Positions 49,121-57,289 of a stretch of 64,000 nucleotides of DNA are shown here, in pieces. The stretch covers positions 1-64,000 of the forward strand of contig CAVXVB010000005.1 in the NCBI GenBank assembly GCA_963765205.1. The letters are read 5' to 3'. The stretch is from an uncultured Verrucomicrobiae bacterium. GTDB taxonomy: Bacteria; Verrucomicrobiota; Verrucomicrobiia; Opitutales; JABDGR01. Both the position numbers and the translations under genes were made by a program. Position 1 is the first letter of the stretch, and each line of letters opens with the position of its first letter. Under the pieces are notes generated by a model that had not been told where the DNA came from, did no database searches, and saw nothing but the letters and a program-made list of their open reading frames with translations.

Positions 49121-49670
49121 GGCAGCGGAAGTGCCCCGTGCCACTTTCCAAGATCCGTGCCATTATTTTGCGTCACTGGGTCTAGCTTCTCGGTCGTGAA
49201 CCCATTCTTTTTTCAAATGCGAAGTGGACCTACGTCTGACTCAACACCCCAACGGCTTGCCCTCCTCGGACCGCTTGTCCCGGTGAACCACCCGCATACC
49301 CGGCGGCCTCTTTCATCCGCCGTGGCCCGGTCGAAATTGGTAGGGATGCGACTGCCCAAGCTATTAACCCCCTCCCCCAAACCCAATCAACCCCAAAAGA
49401 GCAAATTCCTTTCAGTTGACAAAGCGATTCCAGTGGACCCGAGACAGGCCGTTGACGGTTTCGCCGTCAAAGCCATCAATGTCGAGACCCGCCTGATAAC
49501 ATCGGTCACTGTAAGCCGCAGCCTCCGCTTCGCTTAACCCCCTCCCCCAAACCCAATCAACCCCAAAAGAGCAAATTCCTTTCAGTACCCGGATTCAGGA
49601 AAAATCCACCAGGAGAAACCAGTGAATGGCAATGGTTGACCAGCCGGGGCGGACATGCTAGGGTATCCGC

Positions 49671-49910
49671 ATGGACAAACGATACGCATACACCATTGAA
49701 TTGCATCCCGCCGAGGAGGGCGGTTACGTCGTGACTGTCCCGGCCTTGCCAGGCTGCCACACCCAGGGCGACACCTATGATGAAGCCCTTACGCACGCCG
49801 AGGAAGCCATCCAGGGTTTCATCGAGTTCCTTCAAAAGACCGGACGCCCTGTGCCGGTTGAAAACGAGCATCCATCCAAACTTCGCCTTGGAGTCAAGGT
49901 GGCCGCTTGA
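49671..49910 (+). CDS. hicB: HicB family antitoxin (orphan)
   Basis: EEGGYVVTVPALPGCHTQGDTYDEAL. Confidence 0.88.
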   Translation: MDKRYAYTIELHPAEEGGYVVTVPALPGCHTQGDTYDEALTHAEEAIQGFIEFLQKTGRPVPVENEHPSKLRLGVKVAA

Positions 49911-50124
49911 ATATTCAATAAACCCTCTTGTATTATCGGGAGTACCGCCGTATAAGGCGGATGAATTTATCGAAAGCCTTCGACCCCATGCCCGCAAGCA
50001 CTTAAATGCCAGCAGCTTATCGCTTCATAATCTTGGCAAGAAAGGCTTTCGGGCCCCTTTGGTTGGTAAGCATTTCGGATTCTAGCACTATTTTCTTTAG
50101 TAATTGAATTTGGCTGAATGCTTT

Positions 50125-50949
50125 ATGATATCTCGCATACTTTTGGGCATTTCTCTTGTCGCAGCGTTTGTCGTTGTGATTTGGTTAATTTGTAAGTTGC
50201 CATCTTCGGAACCCGTTAGAATCACCTCGATTGTCGCGGTTCCTCCCACCGTGTCACAGCCTAGCAACAACGCGTTTGCGATACCAATGCACCTTGTGTC
50301 CTCGATCGCACCGTCATCTGCTGCCGGTCCCAATAACGCGGTTTTATCGGCAGCCAGCCAGAAACCGATGACGGAACCCACTGTACCGATTCGATTTGCG
50401 GAGGGGCCGGCAGACGGCTCGGAACGAGTCATAGCCGCTGCGAAGGGAAGTGCTTGGATGCCTGTGAAAATCCCAACTGACAATTTGGTAGCCCGGCCTC
50501 CGCTTGCCTACTATCGCATGCAAACTAGATACGACGACTTGGAGGCTTTAACCCCGATGGGGTATTTCTATTTTGTCGAAAGTAATGGTAAGGTTGTCGC
50601 TATCGCCCGGATTAATAATGCCAGCGGGAGTGTATCGCCGTTTGGGGCAGCCAATGTAGATGAAATTCAATGGGCTAAAATAATTGACCAACTGGCAACG
50701 TTCGACCAGGTCAAAGGCGGCTCGTACGAAGTGCGCCTCCTGGCCATACCTACCCCAAATGTGTATTATCGCCAAACCTTCAACGTGCTCTGGCTTAAAT
50801 CCGATCCGGGCGGCACCGATCTCATTTACCAACTCCCCAACAGCGGTCTTTTGAGTTCACCCTACGGCGAGAAGCCGGGCACATTCTACAAGGCCGACGA
50901 TTTTCTAAAAATGATTCGACCTGCAACTGAACAGTTAGACAAAACTTAA
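50125..50949 (+). CDS. Membrane-anchored hypothetical protein, paralog A
   Basis: N-terminal TM; PIRFA, GSYEVRLL, WLKSDPGGTDLIY shared with the next ORF. Confidence 0.7.
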   Translation: MISRILLGISLVAAFVVVIWLICKLPSSEPVRITSIVAVPPTVSQPSNNAFAIPMHLVSSIAPSSAAGPNNAVLSAASQKPMTEPTVPIRFAEGPADGSERVIAAAKGSAWMPVKIPTDNLVARPPLAYYRMQTRYDDLEALTPMGYFYFVESNGKVVAIARINNASGSVSPFGAANVDEIQWAKIIDQLATFDQVKGGSYEVRLLAIPTPNVYYRQTFNVLWLKSDPGGTDLIYQLPNSGLLSSPYGEKPGTFYKADDFLKMIRPATEQLDKT

Positions 50950-50971
50950 ATGGATTAATCGAATTTCCACC

Positions 50972-51874
50972 ATGAAATTGCGCATTATTTTGGCTGTTAT
51001 TCTCATTGCCAGCATTGCTAGCGGCGTGGTTTGGTGGCTGGAGCAGTCCCCGGCTGCAGAACCCGAAAAAATAGCCGTCACTCTGAATTCCACCCTTGCG
51101 GCGTCAACGGGTAACTCTACGACCGTGATGCCCGCGCTCAAAGTAGTTGCGCCGGCCACTAGCGAGAATGTATCCTTGCCCGTCCCGTCGGGGATCAAGC
51201 GAGTAGTGATTGCGCCACCACCCATAATGGCCATTATGCCACCCGCAAATATAACCAGCATGCCAGCCAATAGTTTGGAAACGAACGCCACACGCACTGG
51301 ACCGATTCGATTTGCCGTTGCCCCCGTTAACGGCTCGGCGCTAGTCCTCAAGCGCTTGGCTTCAATGGGCACCGAGCCTCGGTACGCTGACCAACTGGGT
51401 GATCCGGCCAAACTGAAGTTGCTACCCCCGCTAGCCACCTATTATTTGCAGTTGAACTTGCTCGACCAAGGTGGCACCTTGGAGAGTGCAGCGCTATTGG
51501 AGGGATTTAATTATGTAGTCCTGTCCTCTGAGCAGGCATTTGCGAATGTAACCGTGGTTGCAAATAATTCTGGCAAAGCACAGAGCCTACGTATGTTGGC
51601 TACCGGCGCTAATATTGGGGACGTACCAAACGCCCTCGATCAACTGCGAATCCTCGACCAACTTCAGTCCGGGTCCTATGAAGCGCGACTCTTAAGTTCG
51701 CCGGGACTCTTCAGGGCGATCTGGCTCAAGTCCGACCCCGGCGGCTCCGATCTGATTTATATTGTCGCGCCCGCACCGCCGCTGGAAGCGGGGAAGTTGT
51801 ATACGGTAGAAGAATTTGTAAAAACTATCCTGATGATGTATCATGATCGTCAAAACCAGAACGGATTCGGTTGA
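50972..51874 (+). CDS. Membrane-anchored hypothetical protein, paralog B
   Basis: N-terminal TM; PIRFA, GSYEARLL, WLKSDPGGSDLIY. Confidence 0.7.
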   Translation: MKLRIILAVILIASIASGVVWWLEQSPAAEPEKIAVTLNSTLAASTGNSTTVMPALKVVAPATSENVSLPVPSGIKRVVIAPPPIMAIMPPANITSMPANSLETNATRTGPIRFAVAPVNGSALVLKRLASMGTEPRYADQLGDPAKLKLLPPLATYYLQLNLLDQGGTLESAALLEGFNYVVLSSEQAFANVTVVANNSGKAQSLRMLATGANIGDVPNALDQLRILDQLQSGSYEARLLSSPGLFRAIWLKSDPGGSDLIYIVAPAPPLEAGKLYTVEEFVKTILMMYHDRQNQNGFG

Positions 51875-51972
51875 GCAGGACACCGTCAAACGTGACAATT
51901 CGCCTTCCCGGTGGAACGGATTTCCCTTTGCGCATTGCAGGGGCGCTGGTTCGCGGGTAGGGTGGGGTGCTT

Positions 51973-52311
51973 ATGGCTTTGCTTAGTCTGCTCGATCTCG
52001 ACCTCTCGTTTGGCGGTCCGCTCATCCTGGACAAGGTCAACCTGCAGGCGGACCCCGGCGAGCGCGTGTGCCTCGTGGGGCGCAACGGCGCGGGCAAATC
52101 CACCTTGATGCGCGTCATCGCCGGCGAATTGGCCGCCGACTCCGGCTCGGTGTTCCGGCCCGACGGCTCCGTCGCCACCCGGCTGACCCAGGAGATTCCG
52201 ACCGACGTGCGCGGCACGGTCCACGACATCGTGGCGGCGGGCCTGCGCGACCCCGGCGGGCATGAGGAGGATTGGGAAAAGGACGTGCGCCTCGAAGACT
52301 TGCTCGCGCGC
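51973..52311 (+). pseudogene. 5' fragment of an ABC-F ATPase (Uup-like), cut by repeat copy 5
   Basis: LSFGGPLILD, ERVCLVGRNGAGKSTLMRVIAGE; host-like high GC; reads straight into the repeat. Confidence 0.88.
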
Positions 52312-52359
52312 TTAACCCCCTCCCCCAAACCCAATCAACCCCAAAAGAGCAAATTCCTT

Positions 52360-53382
52360 TCAGTAGTTAGTCCGCGCGCGTCTGACCCCATGCAGAAGTT
52401 CCCCAATGACAAAGCGATTCCAGTGGACCCGAGACAGGCCGTTGACGGTTTCGCCGTCAAAGCCATCAATGTCGAGACCCGCCTGATAACATCGGTCACT
52501 GTAAGCCGCAGCCTCCGCTTCGCTTTCAAAAATCAGGTAAGCACAGTCTTTCGGTGGCACCAGCCGGGGGGCGTAATCTATCATTTTTTTTCCCCACCTT
52601 CGCCCGAAAATTTCACGCATTCCTTCTTTGAAATTTGAGGTGATGCCAAGGGCGTTCGCCATCATGGCTTTTTGAATCTTGAACATCCGCGCGCCAGGAC
52701 TCTCCCACCGGAATGGCAGCATTTTCGCACGCGGGAATTTCCGGCCATAGTTGTAGCAGCGTGGCCGTCTCTGCTTGCCAACGGGAGGATCCTTCATTTG
52801 GGCTTTAGAAATGTAGTTCGAGATGTAGCCAGCCAGGTTGCCCGCCTTCCCGGGTCGGACAGGTTCAGCGAGCCAGCGACCAAGTCCACGGTATCGTCTC
52901 CCTGGCTTTTTTTTGCTGCACCAGGGTTTACGAACCGCTCGTTTCAGCGCATCGTGAACCTTCCTCATCGGTGTCCCACGAGGAACCGCCAAGTCGTAGA
53001 GCTTTTCCGCCTCACGATCAGGATGCCAGCGCAGCCGCTGCATCCGTTTTTTGTAGGCTTCCCAAGCGGCCCAGTTGAAACCCTCATTGAAGTCAATTCC
53101 ACGGGTGCTAAGGCCCACGCAATGGTCATGAACCCGGCCGTTTTGCTCGCCTTCTTCACGTGCACGGAAATAGCTCGTCAGGCCCATTTCTCCAAACAGG
53201 CCTGTCCTTACCCGGTTGAACACCTTGGACGCTTCCTCGTGGGTGGGAGGCCTGGTGGCACCGCCTTCCTGGACATCCAAGTAAGTGAAGGTGGCCACCA
53301 AGGCGGACCGGAAGAGGTTCACGGCCGTTTCGATGTTCTCGATGTTGGCTGCCCTGGACTTTACCTGGTAAGTCGAGCTCAC
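52360..53382 (-). CDS. Rolling-circle replication initiator (HUH, two-Tyr type); stop supplied by the repeat
   Basis: Motif I ATFTY, motif II EEGEQNGRVHDH, motif III YISNYISK. Confidence 0.82.
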   Translation of the reverse strand: MSSTYQVKSRAANIENIETAVNLFRSALVATFTYLDVQEGGATRPPTHEEASKVFNRVRTGLFGEMGLTSYFRAREEGEQNGRVHDHCVGLSTRGIDFNEGFNWAAWEAYKKRMQRLRWHPDREAEKLYDLAVPRGTPMRKVHDALKRAVRKPWCSKKKPGRRYRGLGRWLAEPVRPGKAGNLAGYISNYISKAQMKDPPVGKQRRPRCYNYGRKFPRAKMLPFRWESPGARMFKIQKAMMANALGITSNFKEGMREIFGRRWGKKMIDYAPRLVPPKDCAYLIFESEAEAAAYSDRCYQAGLDIDGFDGETVNGLSRVHWNRFVIGELLHGVRRARTNY

Positions 53383-53444
53383 AATGCCCTCCCTCTTCCA
53401 CCCTGAGAACCGCTCGTTTGAGTTATGACTATTCTTACAAGGAA

Positions 53445-53499
53445 GGCCGTCGTCGGGCCGGGGGACGCGCGTAGCGCGTCCCCCGGCCCGACGACGGCC
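53445..53499. other. Perfect 26-bp-stem hairpin, candidate rolling-circle origin
   Basis: GGCCGTCGTCGGGCCGGGGGACGCGC-GTA-reverse complement; adjacent CCTTGTAAG on the minus strand. Confidence 0.6.
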
Positions 53500-53527
53500 A
53501 TTCCCGACGCCGCAATGAGTTCATTGC

Positions 53528-53735
53528 TCATGGCTTGCCTCCTTTCGCGGCTTGAACGAGTGCCAGGATGGCCGCGCGGACTTTCTCGGACAAGTTTGCC
53601 CAAGCTAAGACAACGTCCGACAGGTCTTCCCCAGGCTGGACAGAATTGAGTGGCCGAGGAAGTGAAACGCCTTTTTCTGCGACGGGCTTAACTGTCGCGC
53701 TTGGATTTGCTTCTAAAATCTTAGCTGAGGGTTCG
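53528..53735 (-). pseudogene. Detached 3' end of the element-2 integrase
   Basis: In frame with int across att: PSAKILEANPS...DLSDVVLAWANLSEKVRAAILALVQAAKGGKP*. Confidence 0.75.
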
Positions 53736-53753
53736 AGTCCTGTTCCCCCACCA
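53728..53753 (+). other. att site (tRNA-Val 3' end copy)
   Basis: AGGGTTCGAGTCCTGTTCCCCCACCA, one C fewer than the tRNA. Confidence 0.9.
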
Positions 53754-53826
53754 CTTTACTCTCTGATAGTTAGAGGGTTAAGTTTTCCGCGAAGCTAAGT
53801 TGCCCAGTTGACGTGGCAACTCTAGC

Positions 53827-55011
53827 ATGAAACAGTCAACATTCGCGCTGACGCGATTTGAAAATCAGAGCGGTCTCCTCTCCTGGCGGGTGGAGGGAAG
53901 GCTGCATGGAATCCGCATTCGCAAGAACTTCCAAAGCCGCGAGGAGGCCGCCGCCGAAAAGGCCGCGTTGGAATTGAAATCCATGCAGGCCGCTTCGGGC
54001 CTGCGCATGACCACCACGTTTCTTACTGATGGGCAGTTGCGCGAGGCTGAGGCAGCCTACCAGCGTCTAATCGGCCAGCCGCGATCCCTGGCCTGCTACC
54101 TCGACTATGCGCTGACGAATTATCGCGCCCCGGAGTTGGAAGTGTCGCTGCCCGATGCGGCGGCTGAATACGTCGCCGCCAAGTGGGCAGAGTGCAAGCG
54201 GGGGCTGGTATCTGACCTCCAATGCCGTGCAATCAAGTGGGAATTGGAGAATCTCAAGAAGTGGTTCCCGGCGCACACAATGGCGAAATTCACGGCCGCT
54301 GCGCTGGTGCCTTACCTTGAACGGAATTCGCCGTGCCTGAAAACTTACAACAATCGGCGCGGGGTCCTCTCGACCTTCTTTAAGTTCGCCTTTCGGAAGG
54401 ATTGGGTTTTGACCAATCCAGTCGAAAAGACTCCGCACCATCGCATCAATCATCGGCGCGGTTCGGCGGTCACGATTACGGCGGAACAGGCGGGCAAGCT
54501 CATGGCTCATGTCGAAAGCATCAACGGCGGCGCGATGGTGCCGTATTTCGCGCTCTGCCTCTTTGCGGGCATCCGCCCCAATGTGAAGTTTGGAGAAATC
54601 AAGAAACTCCGGCCTGAGCATGTTCGTCTCGACACGGGCGTTATCCATATCGAGCCGGAAGTTTCCAAGGTGCGGATGAAACGGCATGTCACGATTCAAC
54701 CCAATCTTGCGATGTGGCTGCGGGCATATCCGCTGGAGAAGTTCCCCATCGTTCCAAAGAACATGACGAAAATGCGGGGTCGGGTTTTCGATGCATTCGG
54801 CCTGACGCATGATGTTCTGCGGCACACGTTTATTTCGATGTTCGTGGCAAAATTCCGTTCGATGGGCGAAGCCGCCCTGCAAGCGGGCAATTCGGAGAGC
54901 ATCATCCGCAAGCACTATCTCGACTTGAAAAACCCGTCTGAGGCGGAACGGTTTTTCAACATCGTGCCGCAGAGCGGCGAAAAGACGATTGCCTTCCCCA
55001 TTGCGGTTTAG
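53827..55011 (+). CDS. Tyrosine integrase
   Basis: LFAGIRP, VSKVR, HDVLRHTFIS, AGNSESIIRKHY. Confidence 0.92.
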   Translation: MKQSTFALTRFENQSGLLSWRVEGRLHGIRIRKNFQSREEAAAEKAALELKSMQAASGLRMTTTFLTDGQLREAEAAYQRLIGQPRSLACYLDYALTNYRAPELEVSLPDAAAEYVAAKWAECKRGLVSDLQCRAIKWELENLKKWFPAHTMAKFTAAALVPYLERNSPCLKTYNNRRGVLSTFFKFAFRKDWVLTNPVEKTPHHRINHRRGSAVTITAEQAGKLMAHVESINGGAMVPYFALCLFAGIRPNVKFGEIKKLRPEHVRLDTGVIHIEPEVSKVRMKRHVTIQPNLAMWLRAYPLEKFPIVPKNMTKMRGRVFDAFGLTHDVLRHTFISMFVAKFRSMGEAALQAGNSESIIRKHYLDLKNPSEAERFFNIVPQSGEKTIAFPIAV

Positions 55012-55030
55012 CCGCAGTTGACTGGCTGGA

Positions 55031-55267
55031 ATGGGTATGGAAACACTACCAAAATCCCCTGTTCTCACCAATCAACTCACCGATGTCGTCGGGCTTCGCT
55101 TCTGCGGCATCTTCCCGACGGGCAAGGAACCGTCAATCCGCACGCTGCGCGAATGGACGAAGCTGCGGCGCATTCCATTCCACAAGGTCGGGCACTTCAT
55201 CTACTACGATGCTGCCGAGGTCGGAGTGCATATTCGCACCAAGCTGAAAGTTCCGGCGCGAGGCTGA
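55031..55267 (+). CDS. Excisionase-like HTH protein
   Basis: PSIRTLREWTKLRRIPFHKVGHFIYYD. Confidence 0.7.
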   Translation: MGMETLPKSPVLTNQLTDVVGLRFCGIFPTGKEPSIRTLREWTKLRRIPFHKVGHFIYYDAAEVGVHIRTKLKVPARG

Positions 55268-55451
55268 CAATCCCTCGCCCTTACCTTTGACGCCGCGCTG
55301 GTTCTGCCAGCGCGGCGTCTTGCTTTTCAATTGTAAAAAAACGAACCGCCGGTTCGTTTTTCTAATTAGGACAACCGCCCGCCTGCGGAATGGTGACCCT
55401 ATTTTGAATGGGTGGATGGAGCTAAAATGGCGGTGTAACCCAATTCCACCT

Positions 55452-55736
55452 ATGAAATACACCAACGATGATTCATTCTTCACGGAACCACTCAACCCGG
55501 AGCAGGAGGCGCGTGCGCAAATGGTCGAGGCAATGGCGCAACTGCTACTCTGGGTTTCCCATGTCCCCAGCCTCGAAGATCGCGGCCTGCGGGCAACCGT
55601 CGTGCTCTTCTGCGTGCGGCCCGATTTGATTAACGGGGCGACCCTCGAACAAATCGGCCAATCGTCGGGACGAACCAAACAACACGTTTACAACCTGGTG
55701 CGGAGCTTTCGCCGGGCCACCGGCTTCAAGCCATGA
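55452..55736 (+). CDS. Hypothetical HTH protein
   Basis: TLEQIGQSSGRTKQHV. Confidence 0.6.
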   Translation: MKYTNDDSFFTEPLNPEQEARAQMVEAMAQLLLWVSHVPSLEDRGLRATVVLFCVRPDLINGATLEQIGQSSGRTKQHVYNLVRSFRRATGFKP

Positions 55737-56308
55737 ACACCTCCATTGTTGTCGCCAGCGCCGAAGGCGAAATCAACCGGCTTCATGCGGAAGTCGTGCG
55801 ACTCTCCACTGAATCCAAACAATCGCTGCTCGGGGCGCTGGCGGCGGCATGGAAAGCAGGCGCCCTCTTGATTGAGGAAAAGCGGCGGGTTCGCCGCACG
55901 ATGGGGCCGGGCGCATGGTTGCTCTGGCTAGAGGAACGTTTCCACGGTTCGGACCGCACCGCACAGAAATATATGCGGTTGGCGCAGACTGTGGACGATT
56001 TCTCTAAACTTCAAGGAATGAGTCTGCGGCAGATTTATTTCCAATTGGGAATCGCAACGGAGCCAAAATCCCGGCTGGAATCGGCGCGGGCGCATCCGTT
56101 GCCTGCCCGCATTCTCCTGGCGGGCAAACTTGTGGAAGAAATTCGTCCGTGCCTGGACGCCCGCTTTGCCACGGCGGAACAGTGGGAATCCTGCCGCCGC
56201 GACCTGCGGCCATTATATGAACTACTGCGGCGTCTGTTCGAGACGGGTTCTGCGGGAAACGTTCTGAAAAAAGCCGGAATCATCCAAGTAAAGGCAAGCC
56301 GTCCGTAG
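55733..56308 (+). CDS. DUF3102-like protein
   Basis: AGALLIEEK, GAWLLWL, SDRTAQKYMRLA. Confidence 0.6.
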   Translation: MNTSIVVASAEGEINRLHAEVVRLSTESKQSLLGALAAAWKAGALLIEEKRRVRRTMGPGAWLLWLEERFHGSDRTAQKYMRLAQTVDDFSKLQGMSLRQIYFQLGIATEPKSRLESARAHPLPARILLAGKLVEEIRPCLDARFATAEQWESCRRDLRPLYELLRRLFETGSAGNVLKKAGIIQVKASRP

Positions 56309-56322
56309 TAATCTAGCGGTTA

Positions 56323-57141
56323 ATGAAGAAGGTCGCAAATCACTCGGCAGGCGACGAATCGCTTTTGCGCCGATTGGCAGAAAACAGCAATGAATCCGCC
56401 ACCGTGGCGATGCTGATTCAGCTTTGCCGGGAATCGCCGCAACTGCGGCACTGGCTGTGGGAAGACTTTGGCCGGGAGGCTAAAGTGAGGGAGGATTTCG
56501 CCGAAATTGTGGGCAATCCTGCCGCGCCATCGGTGGGCCGATTTATCGAGTTGACAGAGGACGGCCCAGCGTGGCTGGAGGAGCGTCAGCGGTTGCGCGA
56601 GCAAATGCCCGCTGGCATCTACGGCGGTCTCAAGTGGGGCGAAGTCACGCGCTTAATTCGTCATTTCCAAGCGGGCACGATTGATCTCGGCGTTTTCCTG
56701 CTGGCCCATAGTTGGCGAAAAGACGGAAAGGCGTCGCCGCTTTTGCGGTGGGCCGGCCTTGAATTTCTTGAACGGGTCTTGCCGTCAGGCCGTCGCCGCT
56801 TGCTCGTGCATCTGGAAAGGGCGCTGGCCTTCGTCAACGGTTACAAGAATAAAGCCAACCGTCGCGCCATGCTCGGCCCTGCCGACCGCTGGAAAATGCA
56901 CGTCCTGTTCTACATGCTGCGGCATCCTGCCGCATCCTATCGCACCCGCGACCTCTGCGCCCATGTCAAAACGCTGGGGATGACGGTATCCGCAAGGGAG
57001 ATGCGGCGGTTCTGCGTTCGGCACCACATTCGTCGCGACATGCGCGCCGGCCGCCCGCCCAGAAAGCCCGGAGCCAAAGCCACGCCAAAATACTTCAATC
57101 CCACCGGCACGCGCAGAAAAAAGAAAGGCGGCGGCCCGTGA
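56323..57141 (+). CDS. Hypothetical protein
   Basis: 272-aa ORF in operon context. Confidence 0.6.
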   Translation: MKKVANHSAGDESLLRRLAENSNESATVAMLIQLCRESPQLRHWLWEDFGREAKVREDFAEIVGNPAAPSVGRFIELTEDGPAWLEERQRLREQMPAGIYGGLKWGEVTRLIRHFQAGTIDLGVFLLAHSWRKDGKASPLLRWAGLEFLERVLPSGRRRLLVHLERALAFVNGYKNKANRRAMLGPADRWKMHVLFYMLRHPAASYRTRDLCAHVKTLGMTVSAREMRRFCVRHHIRRDMRAGRPPRKPGAKATPKYFNPTGTRRKKKGGGP

Positions 57142-57289
57142 TTAACGAACCCACTTTCCTCCACCACACATCCATAACCGCGCCTCTTCCGCCGCAGTCA
57201 AGGTGGAGAGCGAAGCGGACCTTGACGGCGGCGATATAATTGAGGCGCGATGGGGTGGTGGTTAAAAGATACTGCGACTGCCAGTAATG

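Larger units (their letters stand above)
48313..52364 (+). repeat. Array of five identical 53-bp oriIS-like repeats (48313-48365, 48366-48418, 49364-49416, 49534-49586, 52312-52364)
   Basis: TTAACCCCCTCCCCCAAACCCAATCAACCCCAAAAGAGCAAATTCCTTTCAGT read identically five times. Confidence 0.95.
44277..53753. mobile_element. Element 2: small integrative rolling-circle element carrying an IS91 array insertion
   Basis: att copies at both ends; int, xis and HUH Rep all on the minus strand. Confidence 0.82.

Noticed and set aside
48313..52364. Canonical CRISPR array
   Set aside because: The repeat is 53 bp and non-palindromic, spacers range 0-2725 bp, and no cas genes are in the window; it fits an IS91 oriIS end better.
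48313..52364. Integron cassette array
   Set aside because: No IntI-like integrase or attC stem structure; the repeats are identical and cut genes mid-sequence.
51967..52638. 223-aa ORF as an intact gene (also 49100-49537)
   Set aside because: Read-through of a gene fragment into the 53-bp repeat and antisense Rep; the shared peptides simply reflect the DNA duplication.
44253..53753. Extra tRNA genes at 44253 and 53728
   Set aside because: Only the T-arm and acceptor 3' part is present; these are att sites.
44277..53753. Inovirus/microvirus prophage
   Set aside because: An HUH Rep is present but no Zot-like ATPase, coat or capsid gene is visible.
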